Shown piece by piece: positions 19,452 through 36,322 of a stretch of DNA of 64,000 bases. Under the pieces are notes generated by a model that saw only the letters and a list, made by a program, of their open reading frames with translations, was not told the origin of the DNA and ran no database searches. The stretch spans positions 21,886,001-21,950,000 of the forward strand of contig CM120641.1 in NCBI GenBank assembly GCA_051362555.1, given 5' to 3'. The number at the start of each line of letters is the position of its first letter. The first letter of the stretch is position 1. The DNA is from Lingula anatina. Taxonomy: Eukaryota; Animalia; Brachiopoda. Both the position numbers and the translations under genes were made by a program.

Positions 19452-19673
19452 CATTTTCATTAATTTTAACCTCGTGAGCCTTCAAAATTCTTCACCTCTG
19501 CTCAGCAGGGGATATGACGTCATGACGACTTGTAAATAATGTGCTTGGAGACCACTTGCGAACAGAGTGCAACGTAATTTGCAGCATCGGTGTACTATTA
19601 CAATCTTTTTCTGCACACGAGTTCCGGTTTTTTTCTAAGAGCGGAGTTTGCACTTGTGGTCTTTGATTTCAAC
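19452..19673. promoter_or_regulatory. bidirectional promoter (stathmin-like gene / TRMT6)
   Basis: Head-to-head genes; ~220 bp between the first donor (19451, minus) and the TRMT6 ATG. CpG-containing, with CRE TGACGTCA at 19515-19522. Confidence 0.6.
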
Positions 19674-20009
19674 ATGCAACTTGAAACGACTGATTCTACG
19701 ATAAAAGAAAATGATCAAGTCATAATTAAAAAGGAAGAGCACTTGAAAGTAATGCAAGTGAGGAAAAATAGGTAACGATATGCTGGTTTTAACTGAAATA
19801 TTTTATTCTATTAGAAATGCTAACTGTTAGTGTACTGTATGCACAGCATGTATTTATCTCAGAGGCAGCGGGCCTGTCCATAATGAATTATTTATTCATT
19901 TCATATATTTTTCAAAGTTGCGTGTTAAGTTCAGTGTAATTAAATTCAATAAGGAATATTCGGCATTAATGCAGTATGCCACAATCTTCTTAGCCTTCGA
20001 TTTTCAATG

Positions 20010-20065
<56 letters not shown>

Positions 20066-23000
20066 AATTATAGTGTTATGGTGTGACTTTGAATCAAAAA
20101 CAACCCATAGCATCATGACTAAATAAATATATTTGCAATTTGGTATTTATTATCTTTCTTATTATGACTGCCAATTTAGCTGCAGCATTGTACTTCAAAG
20201 GTAGTTATATCAGAAAAAATTACAATGTGCCAGATATAAACTCAAGTTATATCTTCTGAAAGGTCTTTTTATTCAGAATGTTATACTTTTGGAATTTTGA
20301 TAATATCTCTAAAATTAAAGGAAATATCACAGTTTTTTAAATAGTGATGTTATGGCAAATGTGTCGTCCCATCTTAGCCAGAAAGCTGTGACCACTGAGT
20401 GCTTTTGTGCCAATTTAAAAACATACTTTGCCTTTATCAATTTTCATGGAGTTTAATTGTTGCATAAGATCACAAATGTTCTATATTTTCACAAAGTATA
20501 AAAAATTAGGTGTAGAAAATTTTTGTATAGGTTGTTAAATGAGGTGCCTAGTGCATTCTGATATACCTATCAAAGAGACTATATTCTTGCTTTCACAAAG
20601 CACATTGCTGGGGAGCCAGTATATTAAGCACTTTCCAAATATTGGGTCAATTTTTAGAAAATCTGTCATTGAGACTACAGTTTGATATTGGCAATATTTC
20701 TACTCCCATAGACCTTTCTGGATGGAGAAAATTAAATTCACATTAAATGGTTTGATTGGACAACCCTATGGCACTACATTTGAAGTCAAGAATGGTCAAA
20801 TGGTGAAGCTGAGTAGAAAAAGTTCGGAAGAAGAAAAAGATGCTGGTAAGCACAAGTTTCTGGTTAATAATAGCTATATGCATGTCTTGAAGGGCTGCAT
20901 TAAAGGGGTTATTTACAACAGGGGAGTAACCCCAACTTAAGCATTTCTCTACTGCCATTTCCCACTGTAAAACAAATGAGCAAAAAAAAAAAATTTTTTT
21001 TTCATTTTGCTAATAATATTATTTTATATGATCTTTATTTATACATTTGTTTTGATAGATGGAACTAGTGGTATTGACAACAGAAATCTTAATGACTGCC
21101 GTTCAAACCAAAAGCTTTCCAGAGAAGAAATCTATAAGATGAAGAAAGAGGGAGTCAGTGGAGAGGTAGATATGTTGAGTTTGTCACTTCTGCATGGTCA
21201 CATACTTTTTACAAGCCATATATACTCATCATTGTGAATTGTGTAAGGTCGCATTCCCAATGAAACTATTGTTCTACGTAAATAGATTCAGCTCTGCGGA
21301 GACTCTTGCTGAATGCAGTCAGATTAATTGAATGACATGTCTTCTTGAGCCATTAAGTTGTACTCAGAATGAAGTGAAAAAGCTTCCAAAAGATTAGCAG
21401 AAACAAAAGTTAATTCCTGACTTTCAGTAAATCTGATTGCATTGGATCGATCTATATACTGTCCAATCATAGTTTCATTGGGAATGCCTCCTTGGACAAA
21501 AGTCAAAAAGTGGATAGTTTTTGCTATTTGATACTGATAGACGTTGCCCAGTTAAGCAAAAAGTTTGTTTTTGGATATCATTTTTATTTTTCATGCTTCA
21601 AATTTTTGATCATTCAAATTTCAGAGCATAGTGGAGACTCTTGTTGAGAACAGTTCAACATTCAGGACAAAGACTGAATTTGCTCAGGAAAAATATATCA
21701 AAAAGAAGAAGAAAAAGTAAGTGCATTGTTTCTTTTTATGTTTTCCTTTAAGGGCAAAATCAGTTAAGCTAAAGACACATGAAATGTGTTCCTTGAATTT
21801 CGCAGTGTAATTATTATTTGATTTTGTCTGTATTGCATTGTGTTATGAGAATTTTTACTCTTTTTTTTCTTGATAAAGGGAGGTGATTTTATTCTTATTT
21901 TGTACATGAACACACACAGATAGCAATGAAGGAAACTACATTGATATGTTTATATTCACGTTTTATTTTCCAGACATTTAAATGTGTTTACCGTTTTGAA
22001 GCCCACCACCAGACTTCTCTGTGAGATGCACTACAATAAAGGACCCTCAAAAATATGGTGGGTATTTTGCACTTGTGTTTATTTTGTTTCTGACATGGAT
22101 TTGAAAATAGTATGATAACATGTTGTTGTCCATTTCATGTTGTTCAGACCCCCTACTACTTGTTTCTGAAATTGAAAATGGCTATTTGATATTCTTTGAA
22201 AAAAAATTAATATGCTAATCACATTTGCAACCAAGGTATCATATTGTAATTTCAGCAATCTAAGAGTGGACTCTCTGTCCCAGATGTTGGTCTATGGTAA
22301 TGTGCGTGCTCACAGTAAGCTGATGGTGGTAGAGACATGTGGAGGGTTGGTACTAGGGGCAGTCATGGAGAAAATGGGAGGTAGGTCTTGGTAGCAACAT
22401 AAAATCTTCTAGTATTTACTTAGTGCGCAATCCCTAAGGACACAAATGTGCGCTTTTCACTTGTATTTTTACCTGTTATATTCCTATCAATGAACACTTT
22501 AAAGCTGGTTTTATGTGTTTATATTATCATTTAAAGGTTATGGAACTGTGGTTCAGCTATATACAGGTACAGCACCAGTTAGGTAAGTAGTATGAAAGCA
22601 GTGCTTGTTTTTGTTTTTTAATATGTAATTGTACACATACAGGTATATCATCTCCATGTATTCTGTTGTTATCAAATTGTAATTGTATCAGTAAAGAAAT
22701 ATGGAATGCTTAATATGTAAATGTCTGTGAGTGTAATATGTGCGAGATATGTTGTTTATGTTCAAGTGTAAGGACATGGGGATTTTGTTAATCTATTTCA
22801 TTCACAAATTATACAGGCCAAGTATAACTTAAGTTACTGATGGTGTTCTTTTTCTCATTCAGGCAGACTCTAGAAGCATACAATTTCCCACAACATTTTT
22901 ATGACAGTCTTCATGCATTCCCATTAAACAAGGTTAACTGTCTTGAGGAAGGGGAAATAATAAGGCAGCATAGTAAGAATATTTCTGAAGTTCAAGTGAA

Positions 23001-25455
23001 AACAGAGCCATTGCTACTTGGGAATTATGGAGGAAAAACATCAGAACAAAATTTAGGAGACATATCAGACGTACCAAAGGAGGGTGTTTCAGAATTTGAA
23101 CTGAAAAAGGAAGAAACTGAAGAAGATACATTCACTGAAAATGAAAATGGACTTTCTAGTGACAGAGACGAAAGCAAAGAAAGTGAAACACAAAATGTAA
23201 GTTTTTCATGCAAACAGTGGAATAGAAATTCATAATGCTGAATTAAAAAGTAGGCTTCACTGAAAAGATTCTATTGCAGAAATAAATTATGCTTCACTGT
23301 ATGTAATTTCAGGAGGAAAGTCAAGAAGGGAAAGGTGCTATATCATGTCAGCAGATTGCCAAAAGAAAACTGGAGGTACAACAATAATTCCATATATGCC
23401 AGCAAGTTCTTATTTGAACACTTCAGCAGATCATTTTGAAAAATTCATGAAGTACTTGAGTCTGGGTTTTGAAAGTGCCAATTACATTGATACACAATTG
23501 ACATTCCTGAAATAATGAATATAACATTTTTGTTACAAACTGTTTTTTTTTTTTTTTTTTTTTTTAGGAAGAAAGAAATGCAAAGAGACAATTAAAGCAG
23601 CAGCATTTAGAGAAATCCAGGCAAATTTTGCTGGAGAGAAATATGGATGGGTAGGAAATTAAGTGTGATTTGATTAGTCAGTGTCATTTTATTTTCTTTA
23701 TGGAATTTTGTACAGAGGTTGCAAAATCTGTTATCTTTTGTTTTCATCTAAAAACTTGGATTAATAATGTTGACATAACACTTCTTTTAGTTCATCTAGA
23801 AGAAATATAGATGCTACATTTATTTCATACTTGGTATTGGAAATTCCTATGTGAGGGTGAACGTTAGTCTTGTTTCTGTTCCTCATTCCTAAAGTATTCT
23901 GAGAAGAACTACTATTGGCAGCAATTTTTTCTATATTTTCCAGACTCTTGGTGGCCTGTAAACTCAACCCAACCCCTATAGTAATGAGCCTAATGGAGTA
24001 TGTGGCGCCATCTAGACCTATTGTTGTCTACTGTCAGTACCAGGAGGCAAGTGTCAATAATGTGTTGATGGGGAAAGTATGGGTTTTTGCTTAAATATGA
24101 AATGTATGTTAATAGTGATGTAAGGAAAGATGCTGCCAAAAATGATATGAGAAGTGTGTATGAAAGATACTATGCATGTGTGAGTGTGTGTTTTGTAGTG
24201 AATGAAAAAATTATAATGATGTACTGTGTGTGCATGTGTATTTGCATGTCTGTGTAAATTCACACACAGGTTTCAGTGTTTATGTATTGTTTTTATGTAC
24301 TGACATCTAAAGTTTGTTTAATAATCCTTACTGAATAGACACATTTATGGAATATCTTTGGTGCAAGACTTGGAATGCACTATGATAATTTATTTATTAC
24401 TTCTCATCATTTCTGTTATTTCTTTCAGCCTCTCATGGAATGTTTTGTAAAGCTAAGGCAGAGGGGAGGAGTGGTACATCTGACACTGACAGAGACATGG
24501 CTTAGGGAATATCAGGTACGACCATTTTTTCCAGAGCCTCAAAAAGTGTGAAACTTAGCAATCTTGGCTTAAAGTCATAATAACTCTTCGTTGTGGCCAA
24601 AAATTGGATTTTCCTGGAAAAAAACGCAATTTTCCCGTACTTACCAATGGTCAACGACCCCATTCCTGCATTCAAAGTAAATCCAGGTTTTTTTTCCTAA
24701 ACGTACGGTTTTTTGTTAAAATCTCTTAAGAGATTTTAACTGACGGAGCACTCTCTGACATTGCATAGTCACTGGTGACCTACTTAAAACCGCGGGAAAA
24801 GCAGACAACAACAACACTATATAACAATAATCTAAGATTTATGAGATATATTCGTCTTTTTGTTAAAAATGCATTTATATCTACAATGTGTGCCATTCTG
24901 GGCTTTTCGCTATCCGACGCACTGTACAAAAACTCGCAACTTACATCTGCATCTGCATCAATGTGTTTCCCGCCATGTTATTTTGGTCTCGAATGAAAGT
25001 GAGAATCCGTGTGACACCCTTACATCATTAGCAAGGGATGCCTTGACGACCGGGAAGAAAGGCATCGAAAGCCCTATTGACAAGCACAGATTTTAGTTTT
25101 ACTACAATAAAGGCCGTTTTAGTGGTAAAATACAATAGAATATATTTCCATGCATTGTTTACAATGTATTTCTTGCAGAATTTTGAATCTCAAATGAAGA
25201 GTTATTATTGCTTTAAATTATTGTGACCCAATAAGCACAATTATAGTAATTAAAGTTTTGCACATAAAGCAACACAGCTTGAACGCATTTTATTGTCATT
25301 TAAGCAGAGGATAGAGGTGCTCTTTTCTGCCTTTGGTAGTACTAAATACTACTATTCTTAATCTTATGCAGGTCCTACCTGGAAGAACTCGTCCAAATAT
25401 TAACATGTCTGGTACTGGTGGATATCTGCTAACAGGAACCACAGTGATTGTATAG
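19674..25455 (+). CDS. TRMT6: tRNA (adenine-58-N1)-methyltransferase non-catalytic subunit TRM6, 13 exons, 479 aa
   Basis: Exons 19674-19771, 20712-20845, 21059-21165, 21625-21716, 21974-22057, 22256-22380, 22537-22582, 22863-23196, 23313-23375, 23568-23650, 23944-24046 (GC donor), 24429-24515, 25372-25455 (1440 nt). Motifs: IGQPYGTTFEV, DNRNL..NQKLS, KTEFAQEKYIKKK, LRVDSLSQML, PSRPIVVY, ETWLREYQVLP, GGYLL. Confidence 0.95.
20011..20064. repeat. (TTA)n microsatellite
   Basis: Direct reading. Confidence 0.9.
21247..21491. mobile_element. Harbinger/Tourist-like MITE in a TRMT6 intron
   Basis: TIR gg..gcattcccaatgaaactat / atagtttcattgggaatgc..cc; left flank TAA. Confidence 0.7.
24573..25212. 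mobile_element. Kolobok-like non-autonomous DNA transposon in the last TRMT6 intron
   Basis: TTAA on both flanks (24569-24572, 25213-25216); TIR ag(tc/ca)ataataactcttc; AG...CT termini; CpG-rich interior. Related fragments at ~40608-40990 and ~58690-58815. Confidence 0.75.
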
Positions 25456-26186
25456 TCCAAGCAGTGACCAGATTCAAGAATCCACAAAATTAGTTTTTTG
25501 AAAAGATGATTCCTAAGGGCACTACTCCTAACTGAAAGAAAGCAGCAGACTGATTAATTTGGCAGCTATCATTCAGTAGGATGTTGTGCCTTACAGTGCT
25601 GTATTTCGGGATGCACGTAGTGTCTGCAGAGGCCAGTTGCTTTACCAGTGACTGCTATGGGCGGGGATGCATACAGATACTGTCTACAGATGGTTAGTTG
25701 CTTTACTGAGGACTGCTGTGGCCTGTGAGCAGGGATACTGTAAAAAGTGCCAGAATATAGCGAATTGTTACACCATTAAATTGCTGTTGACAAGAGTATA
25801 CATTTTAACACTGTCTGCAGATAGATAATACTGAAACTGCTGGTCTTGCTTAGGTGAGAAGTACATATCAATTAAACTGTAATGGTTTTTATTGAAATGG
25901 ACACTTATGTATCATGGAAGTTTAGGCCAGAGTTTGAAATTTGAAGTTGGCAAGCTTTTTCTTGTTCAAATTTCTACATAAGTGAACAAAGTGTAGTGCC
26001 TCACTGACATGTGGAATTGAAAATGAAGATGCTGGCTCACAGAACTAAAGCTCAGCTTAGGGATTGACTTTGGCTGGGTGTATTTCTCCTTTTTCTATGG
26101 AATTGTTAATCTTTAAATTTTATCATATCCCTTTGTTTCTGGCACGATTTACACTTGAAATTGTGCAGAAAACATCACATGAAATT

Positions 26187-26312
26187 CAGGCCTGTAGACA
26201 GGGTAGGTCTGAAGGAGCCACCCTTTCTGCTTAGAAAAGGTCCTAGGTTTTATGGTGAAAGGTCCACTTTTTCTGAAAAAGACCCCTCCCCCCTTTTGAA
26301 GCCCCTGGCTAT
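26187..26312. mobile_element. degenerate hAT-like MITE
   Basis: caggcctgtagacagg ... cctggctatg ends, with internal aaaggtcc repeats. Confidence 0.4.
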
Positions 26313-26767
26313 GATACATTTGTTAATAGATTAGTTACCACAGCTCATCAGGGGGGTAAAATTGGCACAATAAGAACACTGCACAAACAAGAAAAATGGT
26401 TTTATTAATTTAAAGAATCTGTCAGACTGAAATCACCTCATAGAAAATAGTTGTTGGGACACTTCTTTTGAATACAAAGTTCAATATGAACCACCTGCAT
26501 TTTACAAAATTTTCTAAAACAGACTTGTTATAATAATATGGCACAAATGAAGAGCAATAATACTGAAAATAGAAATTCACAATTGAATAAACACTCAAAA
26601 AGCAAGACATTTTGATTATATTACTGTTAATAAAAGCTTGGAAGCATTACTTTCATATTACTCTGATACTTGAATATAAAAGGATGCTTAAATGTCCCAC
26701 TATCAGACATTTTGTTAAATGTATTGTAAATTTTTGTTTGTGCCTGAAAGATCTTTATTATACAAAA

Positions 26768-26921
26768 AAAAATGCAGCCCACTGCTTTTGGCACTTCTTC
26801 AAACTAAACGCACAAGATAACAATAACAGTGTTCTGATAAAGCTTTTGAAAAATGCAGCCCACTGCTTTTGGAATTTCTTCAAACTAAACACACAAGATA
26901 ACAATAACAGTGTTCTGATAA
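26768..26921. repeat. 81-bp direct tandem duplication
   Basis: aatgcagcccactgcttttgg...caataacagtgttctgataag at 26771 and 26852, with few mismatches. Confidence 0.95.
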
Positions 26922-27711
26922 GGTAACATAAACTGAACTTGTAAAAGAAAAAATTCAACCTGGAAACCCAATGCTTTTCAAGTGCTTTGTGCTGCTTTCT
27001 TGGTATGTAATGCTGTTCTCTCCTTTGGCTTCTTTGTGAAAACATAATGCTGAAATGAACTGTGCGTTGTGCTAGGTCTACACTGAAAAATAATAATATA
27101 TAAATAATAATATAAGACCTATTTGGCAAAACTGCTGAGTGAACCTGAGAAAATTTGTTTTATATGTTTTGACCAACATCAGTGGGGCATACTGGGTCTG
27201 CTGGTTTGCTTTAATTGCATGAAGCAGTAAACGTTAAGTTTCTGACACTGGTTTCCAGCATCCTTACATTTCATAAATTGTGTCACATCATTGCTTCATC
27301 AAAGGTTTAATGGTCATTGCCATTCTTTTAATTTGTGTTTAATACTGCATTCATTACCACATATAAAACTTAATTCACACAGCAATCGATATGAAGGATA
27401 AACTGCTAATGCTGATTAAATCAAATTAATTAACACTTCCAATGCATAGTAGCTTAAGATAAACTTGACTTACTACTGCTGCCAAATGTTTCCAATCACA
27501 ATGGCCTGATATGAAATCATAATTATAAAATATCACCTTTCCTTTTTCAATCCAATGCATAGAATTACTGTAGTTGATATGATAACCATATAGAAAAATA
27601 GAAGTAATATAAGCTAACCATGAAACCACTTGATATGTGTCACACTATTCAATGAACTAAAATGTTTAATACTAGATATTGTGCTTTGGACATATTTTCT
27701 TATTTCTCTTT

Positions 27712-32199
<4,488 letters not shown>

Positions 32200-32604
32200 G
32201 GTTGTTTTGCACTTTGACCTAGGTCAATGTTATCCTCAAAGTCTACTCTACGGTAAACACTCAGAACGTGTCCTCGAAGGCCATATGTGCTCTCTATCCT
32301 CGTTCTGGACATACTCTCCGTCTCTTTCTTAAACGAAATGGAGTCTACGGTGCGGACGTTATGTTGAAAGTGTGGCAAATGCCTCGTGGAAAAGTAAATG
32401 GCTTATGCAAATAACCAGTGGCAAATAACTTTTGGGCATATTAACTTATTTTTTTCATAAACAAAACATAACAATTTCTAAAGTTGGGTCAACAAAATCA
32501 ATTACCCAGCAATATGACTAACATCACACATTTTTTCACGAACTCTCTCCTGTCCTTGGGGGAGAGACTGCCCATGCGTACAAACCTTGGCGCATTTATT
32601 CAAA
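32200..32604. promoter_or_regulatory. bidirectional promoter (SQOR / KIAA1328)
   Basis: Divergent ATGs ~405 bp apart; CpG-containing; octamer ATGCAAAT at 32405; YY1-like AAAATGGCG overlapping the KIAA1328 start. Confidence 0.65.
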
Positions 32605-35600
32605 ATGGCGGAATATGGCAGAGGACGTGCAATGGAAATATTTTGGACAAAATTTGGTGGGTTACGTCGGAAATTTGAATGTCAGATATTTACAGACAGT
32701 TGGAATGTTATAATTATGTCCTTTGATATTGATACATTTTTTATTTTCACAGCACACTTGTACGCGTCGTTTCCATACAGGCAGCAAATTTCCAAGTTCC
32801 AAACAAGTACATTTGTTTGAGTAAATCGAGCCTGTGATTTCTCTTTTAGATTTTGTTAATTTTAAATGGCCTTGTTTTTGTCAGGTAAAATCACACAATT
32901 TCAATAATATAGCTGTAATAATCGGCATTGCACCTGCACACAACTTACAATTTACATGTATAAATTTCGAAAATTTATATATACTACATTTAAGTTTGTT
33001 ATAAAATAAGCTTCACTAAGTGCTCAATATTATTAAGCATAATTATTTTATATTAGATTCAGACATAGAAGAGACAGGTGAAGCAGTTGTTGATGTACCA
33101 GGTAATAAAGGGTCATACTTAAATGCCCAATACACTGGAAAAATTGTGATAATATTCGTAAACATAAAGCATAACAATTTCTAAAGTTGGAACAACAAGG
33201 TCAATGTCCCAGCAATATTTTTCACTTTTATAACACTTTTTTTTTTTTTTTTTTGCAAATGATCATTCTCTCTGTTTATTCACATTAATTTTTCTAGTGT
33301 ATTGTGCTGTATTGCAATGTTACATGTAGTATGACTGGATTGCATGTAAAGCCACTAAAAGCAGTGTGGGCTACATAATCAATTAGAATAAATTTTCACA
33401 TAAAATGTGGTATATGTCCTTTTAGAATAAGATAATTGCTATAATTACTTGACCTTTGCACAAGGAATACTCTTTGCCATATGTTAAAGTATTCAAATGT
33501 TAAAACGATCAGTGGCAAGTTTGTGTTAATGCTAATTAATAAAGCTACATTTGTTCATTAAGTGATTCTTCAATTTACTTGTAAGGGGTAAAAAATATGG
33601 GTAATCTTCGACCTCAGAGAAAGATTACAGGTCAAAGAACCAGGGAAGTAAGACCACAAGTGCCCAAAGGGCCACCAGTTGTTGAAGAATTAGCCAATTC
33701 CTCAGCAGATAGGAAGACAAAAAGTGATCGTGATAGAGAATCTAAGGTAAATGGTGTAAATCTTTAATGAAGCCATATACATAGTTTATAATGGGAGCTT
33801 AAATGGTGCTTTTTTTATCTGCATATTCCCAGTTTGTTAAAAATATTTGTAAATGAGATCAAATAAAGGTCAGTTTGGTTTCAGTCTAGGGAAGAGAAAG
33901 AAAATGTGTGGCAGAAACGTCCAAAACATGCAAGATCTGCTTCATTGAAGGATTTGCGACCAGAGGATAAAAAGAGAGTTGCAAATTTGATCAAAGAACT
34001 GGCAAAGTAAGTTAAAATACTGAAGATAGAACAATTTCTTAAAATTTTACATAGTATAGGGACAACAGAAGTGAAATAGAACTTGTAATTTTCTGTCAAG
34101 AGGACGAGTCAGCTGGGTTTGGTTAAAAGACTATCAAATCATTCAAAGTCAGTAAAAATCAGTTGCCATGTGTGAAGAAAGTGTAGCAGTTTTACCTTAG
34201 GTCATAGCCTTTTGAAATTGCCCCAAATGTGGTATTGCATTTCTAATAGCCTTATGGACATGAGTTATGCAAATGTTATGCAGGGTTGGAGAAGAGAAGG
34301 ACAGTGCCCAGCAGCAACTGCAGGGAGAGAGGGACAGATACCAGAAGCAAATGGCTGAGCTTGAGAGACAGAAACAACAAATTATAAGAGAAAGGGAAGA
34401 TATCCTTTTGTAACTATGAACTATCCAATAAAACAACATTATGAAAAGAAAAGATATATCGTAGCCTAACTATTACTTAACAAAAAAAAGTAGAGCGTGA
34501 TGTGACCATTATCTGATTTACAGATAATTTTTGTCAGTCAATATTTTCCCCTTTTTTTTTACTAAAATTTATGAAGGTTTCCAAGTTTAAAAGGACAGAT
34601 AAGCACTTGTTTTTGGATATTGGTATGTAGATGTCTTTTTGCCAAACTGGATTAAGGTCTGGTACTAATAATAATATTGAATGTTTCTTATGTGTGGAAC
34701 ACCCTGAGCTTCAGAGATAACTTGACACTAACCTCTTCACAATAGCCTATCTTCATCGTGTCAAGTTACCTCTGACGAAAATAGTTTGACCTAGTTTATA
34801 TAAGCCAATCGAATCCAAGTTTCAAAATTTTTCACCAAAGTTTGGTGAAAACGCTGATTGGTTGACCGTCAATCGGTAATCCTCGGCTGATTTCGCAAGC
34901 TCCATGCTAACAACAAAGTTATTGTCGAGTGCGGAGACATCCGAGTAGTGCCGAGTGCATAACTGTACACAAAGAAAGCATGGCGTCTTCTACGAGTGAC
35001 TACGTAAAATAATGTGTTAAGTTATCTCTTGATTCTTTGCAAAATATGAGTATATCGGAATTGAAACCAGAGCAGTTTGAGGCCCTGCATCATTATCTAC
35101 TGAGGGATGATGTATTTTGCATGCTGCCCACAGGTTACGGCAAGTCCCTGATATTGAGCCTTATCTCTGATTGGTCCGGATTTGAAAAAAGCGCGCTTTG
35201 ACTCGTTCGCGTTCATTGGCTAGATCGTTCAATGAGTCATTGAGTGCGGGCTTTAAATTTGATTGGCGGGGGCAATCGAATGTGGTCAGAGGTAACTTGA
35301 CACGATGAAGATAGGCTATTGTGAAGAGGTTAGTGTCAAGTTATCTCTGAAGCTCAGGGTGGTGTGGAAGTACTTTATTTGAGAAAAAAGAAATGGTGCA
35401 AAAAATTAATGATTATGCATGATGATGAAACCTGGATTATTTCTGTATGTATGGTAGTATTTCTTAACACAGACCACAGCTTCAGAAGCAGTTCCTTGAC
35501 ACCCAGGCTTTGCTGCTGAAATATCAGAAACAAGTGATGGATCAGCAAAAACAGCTGGATGACTCTCTCACACAGATGTTGACTCCGCCAAAGGTATTAA

Positions 35601-36286
35601 CTACTTTTTGCATATGAAATGCATTTGATAGCTTTATTTGCTTAGCCTAAATTTATATGTTAAGCAAATGAGATGGAGTGTTATTCACAGGTTAAAACAT
35701 ATGGCATACTGTGCTCATACAAGCTTATCACATTTAGTTTTTTTCTGTGAATTCTTTGTTTTTTGCTAAAGGAAATCTTTTCTGTCAACAATTTGTTTTA
35801 AGTTTAACAGATAAGATTTGTTGTAGATTGCTATTTGACTATAAGCAAAAATAATAAGTATTTCCCCAATGGTATTGACTGATAGAAATGTGTTAAAAGT
35901 AAATAAGATCAGTGAAGGGACCAGAGACCTGGGCCAAATTGCACACTCCTAGTTTGGGTCATATTAATCTTATGTTAACCATCTCCCAGACTGCCAAGGA
36001 ACCTGTCCCAGAGAGAGATGAATTCCATGGTTTTGATCCACCCCCAGTACAAAGACGTGTAGATATGGCCACCACACGGCTTACTATGGGGCAGGTCAGC
36101 ACTCCTGGCAGAGGAACACATGAGGTGAGATATCATTTTGGAAAGTTAACATTTAGACCACATGGCTATTGAAATTTAAGACCTAGTCCTTTCTTTTTAT
36201 GGACAGTCACTATTTGTCTGGACATATAGCCATCACTGTGTCTGTCATGGTCAGATATAATTGTTTCCTCTTGACACAGTTCCCAG

Positions 36287-36322
<36 letters not shown>

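Larger units (their letters stand above)
34400..35477 (+). other. U12-type (minor spliceosome) AT-AC intron of KIAA1328
   Basis: 5' end ATATCCTTT; branch-like TTTCTTAAC at 35460-35468; AC terminus at 35476-35477. Removal restores the frame (ERE|ELQKQFLDTQALLLKYQK). Confidence 0.9.

Noticed and set aside
20190-20640. Probable old MITE fragment in TRMT6 intron 1
   Set aside because: I could not define matching TIRs or a TSD.
26768-26921. CRISPR-like repeat interpretation of tandem repeats here and at 63540-64000
   Set aside because: Eukaryotic context, no unique spacers, no cas genes.
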